64,000 nucleotides of DNA, taken from an uncultured Muribaculaceae bacterium (lineage in GTDB: Bacteria; Bacillota_I; Bacilli_A; RF39; UBA660). A program made the position numbers and the translations under genes. Location of the stretch: NCBI GenBank assembly GCA_964600615.1, contig CAZRJK010000004.1:15259-79258 (forward strand), written 5' to 3'. The notes under the pieces were generated by a model. It did no database searches. It was not told the origin of the DNA and worked only from the letters and a program-made list of their open reading frames with translations. Positions 9,519 to 19,337 of the stretch are shown one piece after another (position 1 is the stretch's first letter; the number at the start of each line of letters is the position of its first letter).

Positions 9519-10382
9519 ATGAAAAAAAATAATATAAAAACAAAAATTATAGTAAAAGATCAAATAATTAATGTTCTAAGAATTAATAATAGTGAATATA
9601 TTTCTCTAACTGATTTAGCAAGATATGCAGATAATGAAGAACCAAGACTTCCTATTAGAGATTGGATGCGAAACAAAGAAGTTATTTCATATTTAGGATT
9701 ATGGGAAAGCATACATAATGAAAATTTTAAAGGGGGCGAATTCGCCACGTTTAAAAACGAAGCTGGAAGCAACAAATTTAAAATGTCTCCTCAAAAATGG
9801 ATAAACCAAACTAACGCAATTGGAATCATATCTAAATCCGGAAGATACGATGGAGGTACATTTGCACATTCTGATATCGCTTTTGAATTTGCAAGTTGGC
9901 TTTCCCCAGAATTCAAACTATATGTTATACAAGAATTTCAAAGATTAAAGAAAAATGAAGCATATCAAAACAAAATTGATTGGCAAGCTAATAGAATTCT
10001 AACAAAAATAAATTATATAATTCATACAAACGCAATAAAAAATACTATAGTTCCAACACTAAATGAAAAACAAAAAAAATCTATATATGCAGAAGAAGCA
10101 GATGTTTTAAATGTAGCTTTATTTGGAATGACAGCAAAAGAATGGAGAGAAAGTAATTCTCAAATATCAAATAAAGGAAATATTAGAGATTATACGGACT
10201 TAATTCATTTGATAATATTAAACAATTTAGAAAACATTAATGCCGAATTAATAGAATTAAATCTATCACAAAGAGAAAGACTAGAAAGATTAAATATTAT
10301 AGCAAAAAAACAAATGAACTTAATTAACAACAAATCATTTAATAGTCTAAAATATTTAGATAATAATTTTAAAAAAGAATGA
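9519..10382 (+). CDS. KilA-N domain DNA-binding protein
   Basis: YISLTDLA, W.RN....YLG.WE, SGRY.GGTFAH.DIAFEFASWLSPEFKLY. Confidence 0.92.
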   Translation: MKKNNIKTKIIVKDQIINVLRINNSEYISLTDLARYADNEEPRLPIRDWMRNKEVISYLGLWESIHNENFKGGEFATFKNEAGSNKFKMSPQKWINQTNAIGIISKSGRYDGGTFAHSDIAFEFASWLSPEFKLYVIQEFQRLKKNEAYQNKIDWQANRILTKINYIIHTNAIKNTIVPTLNEKQKKSIYAEEADVLNVALFGMTAKEWRESNSQISNKGNIRDYTDLIHLIILNNLENINAELIELNLSQRERLERLNIIAKKQMNLINNKSFNSLKYLDNNFKKE

Positions 10383-10401
10383 TATATTTTATCATTCTTT
10401 T
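10373..10401. terminator. Bidirectional terminator between KilA-N gene and rseP
   Basis: AAAAGAATGATA / TATCATTCTTTT inverted repeat between convergent genes. Confidence 0.6.
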
Positions 10402-10406
10402 AAAAA

Positions 10407-11459
10407 TTATTTTATTAACTTAAATACATCTTGAAAAGTAACAAATATCATAAGTAATATTATTAATATAAAACCAATACCAGTAATAGTAGCTTCTACA
10501 TTAGCAGAAAGTGGTTTCCTTCTAATTTTTTCTATTATCAAGAATAATATATGTCCTCCATCAAAAGCAGGGAATGGTATTAAATTAATAACTCCAACAT
10601 TAATAGATAAATATGCAAGTAAATAGAAAAGATTAGCAACACCATACTTAGCTTGACTATCAACTACTTCATATATACCAATAGGGCCAGATAAATCATT
10701 AACACCTAACCTACCAGTAAATAAATATTTAAGTGTATCAATCATCGATAAAAGAATCTCTCTAGTTTCCATAAACCCATATTTAAATGCTTTAAAGAAT
10801 CCCTTATATTTATCTATTCTAACCCCTACTCCATATACATAACCATCTTCACCATCTTCAGAAGCAATTTCATCTGGAGTAACAGAAATATCCTTAATTT
10901 CTCCATTAGTATCTTTTACTTTAAAAGTAATAGTAGATCCCTCTTTAACAGTACCAATTTTAAGCCTTGCCTGTGTCCAAGTAGAAACCTTTTCCCCATC
11001 AACAGCAAGTATAACATCACCATTTCTTAAACCAGCTTTATAAGCAGGATATTTAGGACTCATAGCATCCAATGTTGTAGTAGCAATACTACCACCCCAT
11101 ATAAAACAACTAACAACTAAAGTAACAAAAGCAAGTAACATATTAAATCCAGGTCCCATAACAAATATTAAAAATCTCTCACCAAAACTCTTCTTATATA
11201 ACTTTCTATTTTTAGGAACAGACTTATCACCATCTTCTCCCTCTTCACCAGCAAGTCTAACAAACCCTCCTATTGGTATTAATCTAATACAATATTCAGT
11301 CTCACTACCCTTAGGTTTCTTAGACCATAATTTCTTACCCATACCAATAGAGTATTCATATACATATACTCCAAACATCTTAGAAAATATAAAATGTCCA
11401 AACTCATGTACTAATACAATAATTCCTAATATTAAAATAAATAAAATTAAACTTAACAT
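10407..11459 (-). CDS. rseP: RIP metalloprotease RseP (M50)
   Basis: HEFGH, PDZ domain, NLIP.PAFDGG; follows cdsA. Confidence 0.93.
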   Translation of the reverse strand: MLSLILFILILGIIVLVHEFGHFIFSKMFGVYVYEYSIGMGKKLWSKKPKGSETEYCIRLIPIGGFVRLAGEEGEDGDKSVPKNRKLYKKSFGERFLIFVMGPGFNMLLAFVTLVVSCFIWGGSIATTTLDAMSPKYPAYKAGLRNGDVILAVDGEKVSTWTQARLKIGTVKEGSTITFKVKDTNGEIKDISVTPDEIASEDGEDGYVYGVGVRIDKYKGFFKAFKYGFMETREILLSMIDTLKYLFTGRLGVNDLSGPIGIYEVVDSQAKYGVANLFYLLAYLSINVGVINLIPFPAFDGGHILFLIIEKIRRKPLSANVEATITGIGFILIILLMIFVTFQDVFKLIK

Positions 11460-11467
11460 ATATCCTC

Positions 11468-12253
11468 CTATAATAAACTAGTTATAACCAAAAGACCCAA
11501 AGAAACAAATATAACACTATCAAATCTATCTAAAATACCACCATGACCAGGTATTAAATTAGAATAATCCTTAACATTAAAATATCTCTTTATACTACTA
11601 AAAACTAAATCTCCAATCTCTGATAATATAGTTAAAATAAAACAAATTAATATTATTATTGGAACACTTAATCCCCCAATAAAAGTATAATAATATAATG
11701 ACCCAATAATAGTTCCCATTAAAGTTCCAACTACAGTACCCTCTTTAGTTTTTTTAGGAGATATACTAGTAAGCTTATGTTTACCAATTAATAATCCCCC
11801 TATATAAGCATATGTATCTGTAATAAAAGCTATTATAAATATTAATATACACTTAAAAGTATCCAAACTATTCATATAAATAATATTATTAAAAGATAAC
11901 CCCATAAACATAACAACACCAATTATAAATAAAGCATCATTAATATTATATCTCTTACTATCATTATAAATAACTATAGGAATAGTAAGACCTAACATAG
12001 GTATTACAAACAACATTCTACTATCCAATTCATAGAAAACACTATTTAAAACTATTAAAATTAAACATACATACCCAATAAATCTAACTATTTCAAAATT
12101 ATTTTCCTTCTTACCAAACTTAATATTCATAAGTTCTCTATAACCAAGTATCGCTCCTACTAATATTACTAATGCAAAAGCTTCTTTACTAATAAGTAAA
12201 GAACCCACAAGTAAAACTAATAAAATAAATGCACCTACAACTCTAGATTTCAC
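11468..12253 (-). CDS. cdsA: Phosphatidate cytidylyltransferase
   Basis: SPKKT.EG, GDL..S.IKR, KDY...IPGHGGILDRFDS. Confidence 0.95.
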   Translation of the reverse strand: MKSRVVGAFILLVLLVGSLLISKEAFALVILVGAILGYRELMNIKFGKKENNFEIVRFIGYVCLILIVLNSVFYELDSRMLFVIPMLGLTIPIVIYNDSKRYNINDALFIIGVVMFMGLSFNNIIYMNSLDTFKCILIFIIAFITDTYAYIGGLLIGKHKLTSISPKKTKEGTVVGTLMGTIIGSLYYYTFIGGLSVPIIILICFILTILSEIGDLVFSSIKRYFNVKDYSNLIPGHGGILDRFDSVIFVSLGLLVITSLL

Positions 12254-12318
12254 TATATCACATCCTTAAAATACTATTATAATTATATAATAAAAAAGAA
12301 TAATATTCAACAAAAATA

Positions 12319-13599
12319 TTATTCTTTTATTACTTTTCCATATACTTTATTATCCTTATCTACTCTCTCTATAACTACCTTAACAACACTATTATTATCT
12401 ATCTTATCATTAATAATTACTGGAATAAAATTAGAAGTATGAACAACACTAAAATCATCTCTTAACTCACTTACACCATCCATAACATGTCCAATATATT
12501 TACTATAGAATTCATACTCATACTTATTAGATATCTCTAATACCTCATTAACTCTTCTCTTCTTAGTAACTCCATCAACCTGATTAGGCATAACACTAGC
12601 CTTAGTATAATCTCTCTTAGAATATGGAAAAGTATGAATCTTCGTAAATTTAATTTTATCTAAAGTTTCTAATGTTTCCTTAAAACATTCTTCATCCTCA
12701 TAAGGAAAACCCACTATTAAATCAGTAGTAATAGATATATCTTTATCTATACTTCTAATTTCTTTAATTCTCTTAAGAAAATAATCCAAATCATATTTCC
12801 TATTCATTAATTTTAATATCTTATCAGATCCACTCTGTAAAGGAATATGAAAATGTCTAGCTATTACATCAGACTTCTTAACTAAAGATAATATATCATC
12901 AGTAAGCTCATTAATCTCAATAGAAGATAACCTAATTCTATATATACCATCTATTTTAATAAGTTCACTAAGTAAATCATATAAACCATAATTATCAAAA
13001 TCTAATCCATACTTACCAGTATGAATACCAGTTAGTATTATTTCCTTATATCCATTCTTAACTAAATTACTAACTTCTTTAATTACATCTTCAGGCTTCT
13101 TACTCCTAATTTTACCTCTAGTATAAGGAATAATACAATAACTACAAAAAGCATTACAACCATCTTGTATCTTTACAAAAGCTCTCGTATGACTATCAAA
13201 GTTATTAATTTCCATAGATTCAAATTCATCTATATCTCTCAAATTATATATCTTTTTTATCTTATTTTTTTTATTAATAACTTCCTCTATTAACTCTATA
13301 ATCTTACTCTTATCCTTATTACCAATAACAATATCAGCATCTATATCATCACTCTTAACCTGACTATAACAACCCATTACTACTATAATAGCATCCGTAT
13401 TCTCTCTTCTAGCCCTAGATATTATCTTTCTACTCTTTCTATCAGCCTCATTAGTAACACTACAAGTATTAATTATATATATATCAGCTTCACTATCAAA
13501 AGGAACAATCTCATAACCATTATTCTTAAGTAAATTCTCTACATATTCACTCTCATAAATATTTACCTTACATCCTAAAGAATATATACCTACCCTCAT
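12319..13599 (-). CDS. mtaB: tRNA t6A37 methylthiotransferase MtaB
   Basis: LGCKVN.YES, NTCSVT, CxxxCxxC (CNAFCSYC), HxFPYS. Confidence 0.93.
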   Translation of the reverse strand: MRVGIYSLGCKVNIYESEYVENLLKNNGYEIVPFDSEADIYIINTCSVTNEADRKSRKIISRARRENTDAIIVVMGCYSQVKSDDIDADIVIGNKDKSKIIELIEEVINKKNKIKKIYNLRDIDEFESMEINNFDSHTRAFVKIQDGCNAFCSYCIIPYTRGKIRSKKPEDVIKEVSNLVKNGYKEIILTGIHTGKYGLDFDNYGLYDLLSELIKIDGIYRIRLSSIEINELTDDILSLVKKSDVIARHFHIPLQSGSDKILKLMNRKYDLDYFLKRIKEIRSIDKDISITTDLIVGFPYEDEECFKETLETLDKIKFTKIHTFPYSKRDYTKASVMPNQVDGVTKKRRVNEVLEISNKYEYEFYSKYIGHVMDGVSELRDDFSVVHTSNFIPVIINDKIDNNSVVKVVIERVDKDNKVYGKVIKE

Positions 13600-13709
13600 A
13601 TCACACCTCACAACGCAACTATTTTATCACACAATAACAAAAAAAGAAATAGTAACTATTTCTCAATTAATGACAAAGTCAAGTGGATGGGGATTCAAGA
13701 TCACTAGAT

Positions 13710-13742
13710 GGACCTTCGGTCCTGCTGGGCGGAAAGGGACAA
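13710..13742 (-). promoter_or_regulatory. Putative DGR IMH-like tract plus homing hairpin
   Basis: After the stop: A-free TTGTCCCTTTCCGCCC, then GGACC-GAA-GGTCC (13710-13722). Confidence 0.55.
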
Positions 13743-14972
13743 CTACCAGCTGCTGCAGTTTGAGTAGCCACCACGGTCGACGCTGCAGTACGCCGAGCCA
13801 TCGTTCGCGTTCACATCGCCATGCGCATAAGCGTAAGCGTCCAACCCCGAAACGTTGCAGTGCACAATGGAAGAGCTTACACTACAATTACTACTTCCGA
13901 ATGCTGTTAATAATGTTTGTTTATTTGTTTCAAAATATGGACTATCATTATTATATTGGTTGTTTGCACTATCATATGTTGCTCCTGCTCCTCTTAATGT
14001 ATATGTCCCTGCGGTCATTCCAGGATTGGCTTGGGCCATTGCTGGGGTTACTATAAATTCTATATATGATTCTGTTACTATATCATTTTCTATCGTGTGT
14101 TTTAAATAATATATTTTATTTAAACTACTTGGATTCGTTGTATAATTTGATATTCCTGTTGTATATGTCCTTGGTTGACATGTATCTGTTCCTGTATATC
14201 CATTGACTTGAAGGAAAGTTTGACATTCGGATTCTGTTTCAAAACAATCATATTGAGTTCCACTTGATGTCTCAATATCACAATAACCATTTTTTGTTTC
14301 TTGAGCTATTGTATTACCAATCATTAAACTTTCAGTTGAATTACGATAGATTGTTCCTGTGAAGGTATCTCCTATAGTTGAGGTTATACCTTTACCATTA
14401 GATGAGGTAAAGGTTATGGATGCTGTATAGGAACCATTATCTGATTGTTCAGATCCTGTTTCATTTATCCATACTACAAAGTAATAATCTATTGATTGAT
14501 TAGGATTTAGATTAGATTCTGCTACAAAGGTTGAAGTTGATGATGTAGCATTATTAGTAGGATTACTTCCTAGTGTTGTAGCATCTGTTATTAATTTCCA
14601 TTTTAAGTTAGGAAGATTATTTACGTTATTAAATGTTATAGTTCCTTTTAGTTTAGCATTAGCTGTACCTGTATTAGTTAGTGTTGCTTTATATACTTGG
14701 CATACTGTATTAGTATTAGCATCTTTACAGTTATTAGTATTATTTATCGCAGTTCCTAAAGCACTTTCTAATTGGGGTACTAAATAATCAGTAGTATTAG
14801 TATTAGGTTTTAGTTTAGTTACTGTTAAGGTTAGTCCTACATCAGCAGTAGTTCCTGTTATAGAGTTATTATTACTTGTTGATAAGGCAAAGTATGCATA
14901 GGTAGAACCTGATATTACTATTATTAATGTTAATATAGTTAATGTTAGATACATTATTTTTTTCTTATTCAT
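13743..14972 (-). CDS. Secreted protein with SipW-type signal peptide, TasA-like N-domain and Cys-rich C-terminus; putative DGR target
   Basis: TM then SGSTYAYF; N-domain motifs shared with 56856-57593 and 57688-58665; GC-rich terminal segment. Confidence 0.8.
   Translation of the reverse strand: MNKKKIMYLTLTILTLIIVISGSTYAYFALSTSNNNSITGTTADVGLTLTVTKLKPNTNTTDYLVPQLESALGTAINNTNNCKDANTNTVCQVYKATLTNTGTANAKLKGTITFNNVNNLPNLKWKLITDATTLGSNPTNNATSSTSTFVAESNLNPNQSIDYYFVVWINETGSEQSDNGSYTASITFTSSNGKGITSTIGDTFTGTIYRNSTESLMIGNTIAQETKNGYCDIETSSGTQYDCFETESECQTFLQVNGYTGTDTCQPRTYTTGISNYTTNPSSLNKIYYLKHTIENDIVTESYIEFIVTPAMAQANPGMTAGTYTLRGAGATYDSANNQYNNDSPYFETNKQTLLTAFGSSNCSVSSSIVHCNVSGLDAYAYAHGDVNANDGSAYCSVDRGGYSNCSSW
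13746..13877 (-). other. Putative DGR variable region VR2
   Basis: Last 44 codons, 77/132 G+C, only one codon ends in A; A-free scaffold codons alternate with NNY codons. Confidence 0.72.
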
Positions 14973-15048
14973 ATTACACCTACTATTATGAAACTATTAT
15001 AGCATATTTGTATTATTAAGTATAGTATGTTTAATAAATAATAAATTA

Positions 15049-15909
15049 TTATATATCTTTAGCTAGTTCTTTTATTTCTTTTATGGATTTACCAGTTACT
15101 TTAGATATAAATTCATAAGAAGCACTATTTTTTATCATATTCTTTATTGTTGTTAATATACCTTCTTCTTTACCTATAGATATACCTTGTTCTTTACCTA
15201 TTGATATTCCTTCTTTATAAATGCTTCTTCTTATTTTATCATCTTCTCTTAATGCTTCAGCTTCATCCATTACATATGTTTCTACTGTCATTTTCTTTAA
15301 TTTACTCATGAATATTTCTCCTTTCCTTATACCTATTAAATCTTTTATTATAAATTCTATTTCATCTAATGAATTAGATGAAAATAAACATCCCCATTTA
15401 ATATAATTCCTTTTTCTTATATTTTCATTGTAATACATACTTCTACACTTAACAATATCTAAATCATAGATTTTAAGACCATTAAAATAAACTATACCGT
15501 AACTATTGTTTATTATTTGATAGTCTAATACAGGCTTATTATATTTACTATAATTATTAATATTTATTTGGATTACTTCTAATTTATCATTATAATCTTC
15601 CCCTTTATTAGCATCCTTAGAAAACAATCCACATAAATAGCTTAGATTCTTAATAATTAAAGAATTATAACAATTAGAATTTAATTCTATATTAAATATC
15701 TCATTATCTGATTTAATAATAAAATCAGATCTTTTAAATTTTTCATTCTTTCTAGTTATTGGTATTTCATTAATAGTAAGTATTATATTATCTAATTTAT
15801 ATCCCGTTATATCATAAATAAATTTTATAATAATACTTTCCATATCAATGAAAATACTTTTAAATATAATATCAGTACATAAAATTGGTATATTTTTTTC
15901 TTCTATCAT
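15049..15909 (-). CDS. Rpn / PD-(D/E)XK nuclease family putative transposase
   Basis: D..FK..F, RSD, NIELN and C-terminal EG...GKEQG...GKEEG repeats with terminal HTH-like tail. Confidence 0.85.
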   Translation of the reverse strand: MIEEKNIPILCTDIIFKSIFIDMESIIIKFIYDITGYKLDNIILTINEIPITRKNEKFKRSDFIIKSDNEIFNIELNSNCYNSLIIKNLSYLCGLFSKDANKGEDYNDKLEVIQININNYSKYNKPVLDYQIINNSYGIVYFNGLKIYDLDIVKCRSMYYNENIRKRNYIKWGCLFSSNSLDEIEFIIKDLIGIRKGEIFMSKLKKMTVETYVMDEAEALREDDKIRRSIYKEGISIGKEQGISIGKEEGILTTIKNMIKNSASYEFISKVTGKSIKEIKELAKDI

Positions 15910-16020
15910 ATTATCCCTCCTAATATTATTATTAGACATTAATATTAAAAACTCCTGCATAAAAAGAAAAAAATATGCAATTTAGATATTATTTTATTAA
16001 ATAAAAAAAAGAAATAGAAA

Positions 16021-17316
16021 CTATTTCTTTAATAATTCAATTAAATCATCTTCTAATTTACTAACATCATTAGGACTCATAAAAGCAAATACTGTATTAT
16101 CATACTTAGCTAATTTCTTAGCTTCATCCATATTAATATGAAATCCATTATCTAACTTAGTTATAATCATATCACTAGTAATATCTGGATAATCTTCTTG
16201 CTTTTCTCTAGCAGGATGAATATCTAATAAATAACTAGCATCAGCTGTATTAAATACATTAACTAAATCATTAGCAAATTCACGAGTTCTAGTAAAAGTA
16301 TGAGGTTGAAAAATAACAACTACCTTCTTATTAGGATATTTTTGTCTTATAGCCTTAATTGTAGTATCTACTTCCTTAGGATGATGAGCATAATCATCAA
16401 TAATAACATTACTACCAACAATTCTCTCATCAAATCTTCTTTTAGCTCCTACAAACTCTTTCAAATTAGCATAAACTTCTTTATAATCAATTTTTTCTAA
16501 ATAACATAAAGTAATAACCGCTATAGCATCCATCAATTGACCTTCTCCATATATAGGTAAATCAAAATGACCATAACAATTAATATCAAAACTAATACCT
16601 TCACTACTATAAACTATATTATTAGCTCTAACATCATTATTATCATTAAGTCCATAATAAACTACATCTTTCTTAAACTTAATCTTTCTAACATTAGGAT
16701 CATCTCCATTAGCAATAACCATATAACTAGCATTATTAGCATATTCAGTAAAAGCATCAATAATATCATCTATATTCTTATAATAATCAACATGATCCAA
16801 ATCTATATTAGTAATAATAGCATAATATGGATGATATGCTAAAAAATGCCTTCTATATTCACATGATTCTAAAGCAAAATATTTATTATCCGCTAAAGCA
16901 CTACCAGTACCATCTCCAATTAAATAATTAATACCTTGATTCTTTAATGCCAAAGCTACCATATTAGTAGTAGTAGTCTTACCATGACAACCAGCAACAC
17001 ATATCGTCTTAAAATCAGCAGTAAGAATACCTAACATCTCATGATATTCCACAATCTTAAATCCTAAATTAATAGCTTCTACTAATTCCTCATGATCATC
17101 TTTTATACTAGCACCTCTAATAATAGTAGTATTCTTATCCAAATTACTAATATTATCTTTATTATATACATACATAGGAATATTATTCTTAATTAATTCC
17201 TCTTCCGTAAAGAAATGCTTTTCCAAATCACTACCACTAACAGTATTTCCAAGTTGTTTTAATATAACTGCAAGAGCACTCATTCCAGCTCCTTTAATTC
17301 CAATAAAATAATACAT
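16021..17316 (-). CDS. murC: UDP-N-acetylmuramate--L-alanine ligase
   Basis: FIGIKG.GMSALA, G.HGKTTT, ESCEY, DDYAHHP, FQPHTFTR. Confidence 0.95.
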   Translation of the reverse strand: MYYFIGIKGAGMSALAVILKQLGNTVSGSDLEKHFFTEEELIKNNIPMYVYNKDNISNLDKNTTIIRGASIKDDHEELVEAINLGFKIVEYHEMLGILTADFKTICVAGCHGKTTTTNMVALALKNQGINYLIGDGTGSALADNKYFALESCEYRRHFLAYHPYYAIITNIDLDHVDYYKNIDDIIDAFTEYANNASYMVIANGDDPNVRKIKFKKDVVYYGLNDNNDVRANNIVYSSEGISFDINCYGHFDLPIYGEGQLMDAIAVITLCYLEKIDYKEVYANLKEFVGAKRRFDERIVGSNVIIDDYAHHPKEVDTTIKAIRQKYPNKKVVVIFQPHTFTRTREFANDLVNVFNTADASYLLDIHPAREKQEDYPDITSDMIITKLDNGFHINMDEAKKLAKYDNTVFAFMSPNDVSKLEDDLIELLKK

Positions 17317-17317
17317 A

Positions 17318-17797
17318 TTATCTTCCCCTTCCCTTATATTCATCTTCATCTAAATAATATAAATTTTCTAATTCACTAATTCTCTTTCTATTAACCGTAT
17401 TATATAATTTTATTCTTAGTTGATTAATAATAACTTGTATCTTTTTCATTGTAAGAGACTCATAAGTATGACCCAAATATTTTACATAATTATTAAGAAT
17501 ACTATTACGAAGCTTCTCAGCATCCATTAATCCCCTTCTAATAGTTCCCTCATCAGCTCCACCATCTTCTTCAATAGTAGCTAAAATATTAAGTAAATAT
17601 CTAATTCTAATATCAATTTTTTTCTTAATAATTTTCTCACTAAAAGAAGGATTAATAAACACAATCTTATTAACCTTAATAGCATCTTCTACCTTAGTCT
17701 TAGGAGTAATTTTATAGCCATCAATTTTATCATATTCTAAATAAGTAATTTCTCCTGTTTTACTATCCTTATGTAAATAATAATTTTGTCTCTTCAT
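17318..17797 (-). CDS. Hypothetical protein
   Basis: 159-aa ORF tightly packed between trmD and murC. Confidence 0.7.
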   Translation of the reverse strand: MKRQNYYLHKDSKTGEITYLEYDKIDGYKITPKTKVEDAIKVNKIVFINPSFSEKIIKKKIDIRIRYLLNILATIEEDGGADEGTIRRGLMDAEKLRNSILNNYVKYLGHTYESLTMKKIQVIINQLRIKLYNTVNRKRISELENLYYLDEDEYKGRGR

Positions 17798-17798
17798 A

Positions 17799-18452
17799 CT
17801 AATTATCCTCTCTAGAATTTGTTAAATTAACCCGTTCATCATTCCTCCATGTATCTATATTTTTATGATTACCACTAAGAAGAACCTCTGGAACCTTCAT
17901 TCCCCTAAATTCCCTAGGCTTAGTATATACAGGATAATCTAAAAGACCATCATTAAAAGATTCATCTATTAAACTATCCTTATTAATAACACCATCTAAT
18001 AATCTAATCGTAGCATCCATTACTACCATTGCTGGAACTTCTCCTCCTGTAAGAACATAATCTCCTATTGACACTTGCTCATCTACAATAGATTTAATTC
18101 GCTCATCAAATCCCTCATAATGACCACACAATAAAATAATATGTTTATACTTTGTATACTCCTTAGCAACATTCTCTTTAAACATCTTACCACCAGGTGT
18201 AAGCATAATTACTACACTATCAGAAGTTCTTAAATCTTCTATAGCCCTAAATATAGGTTCACACATAAGAACCATACCAGCGCCTCCACCATACTGATAA
18301 TCATCAACTCTCTTATTTTTATCTAAAGAATAATCTCTAAAATTATGTATATTTATCTCTACAATACCCTTATCCCTAGCTCTCTTAATAATAGATTCAT
18401 TTATAAATCCATCAAACATCGAAGGAAATAAAGTTAAAACATCAATCTTCAT
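17799..18452 (-). CDS. trmD: tRNA (guanine37-N1)-methyltransferase
   Basis: VLTLFP, VDD..YGGGAGM, CGHYEG.DER, SIGDYVLTGGE. Confidence 0.96.
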   Translation of the reverse strand: MKIDVLTLFPSMFDGFINESIIKRARDKGIVEINIHNFRDYSLDKNKRVDDYQYGGGAGMVLMCEPIFRAIEDLRTSDSVVIMLTPGGKMFKENVAKEYTKYKHIILLCGHYEGFDERIKSIVDEQVSIGDYVLTGGEVPAMVVMDATIRLLDGVINKDSLIDESFNDGLLDYPVYTKPREFRGMKVPEVLLSGNHKNIDTWRNDERVNLTNSREDN

Positions 18453-18944
18453 CTAGATCAGTCCCTTAATATTTTTAAATCGAATATATCCCTCATCCAA
18501 ATTAACTTCTTCTATTATATCACTAACATAAGGAATTAAACAATCTTTTTTTTCATTACTAACTACAAATAAAGGTTGCTTATAACTATTATCAATTCTT
18601 TTAACATTACCCATAACCTTATTATCAATCATAACATTAAGACCAATTAAATCTTCATCTAAATAACAATTATCATCTAATTTTATATCAGATTTATTCA
18701 CATATACATTAGATCCCTTATATTGTAAAACATCATTAATATTATTTATTCCATCCATACATATCATATCAAAATTCTTATGTATTCTATAACTATTAAT
18801 AATTTCCTTATCTTTATCCTTACCAATATATATATTCATACCCTTAAAGAACACTTTATCCTTATATCTAAAATTAGATATAATTCTAACCTCTCCCTTA
18901 ATACCATGAGTATTAACTATCTTCCCAATATATATATATTCCAT
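18453..18944 (-). CDS. rimM: Ribosome maturation factor RimM
   Basis: IGKIVNTHGIKGEVRI, DLIGL, LIPY; adjacent to trmD. Confidence 0.93.
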   Translation of the reverse strand: MEYIYIGKIVNTHGIKGEVRIISNFRYKDKVFFKGMNIYIGKDKDKEIINSYRIHKNFDMICMDGINNINDVLQYKGSNVYVNKSDIKLDDNCYLDEDLIGLNVMIDNKVMGNVKRIDNSYKQPLFVVSNEKKDCLIPYVSDIIEEVNLDEGYIRFKNIKGLI

Positions 18945-19337
18945 CTAATCATCCTTATCTTTTTTTCTTATTCTCCTAAATTGTTCTTCTCTTAACATTT
19001 CCTTATAAATATCCCCCTCTAAAATACATACTTCTTCAAAAAAATCAAGGGAATCCTTCTTATCACTATTAACAATTTTAATTACATCACTATATGCAAG
19101 TAATGCTTCCTGATACATATCACTATCACCATCAACATATCTCCCGAATCCATCTAAAACAAGATTCTGATATACCCATATATCACTCTTACCATCTCTA
19201 GAAGCTACATTATAATATGTCATCAAAGCATTATCATATAATAACGCACTATTACATTCTTCCATATCACTAAATAAATAATCTCTAATCCTTCTAGTAA
19301 CAGGAACAATCTCTGATTTAATTTTCACAAAGCCCAC
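18945..19337 (-). CDS. Hypothetical protein
   Basis: 130-aa ORF abutting neighbours in the operon. Confidence 0.6.
   Translation of the reverse strand: MGFVKIKSEIVPVTRRIRDYLFSDMEECNSALLYDNALMTYYNVASRDGKSDIWVYQNLVLDGFGRYVDGDSDMYQEALLAYSDVIKIVNSDKKDSLDFFEEVCILEGDIYKEMLREEQFRRIRKKDKDD

Noticed and set aside
13670-14056. 128-aa plus-strand ORF across the GC-rich island
   Set aside because: Antisense shadow of the 409-aa gene; open only because the GC-rich segment lacks stops; no RBS or recognisable protein
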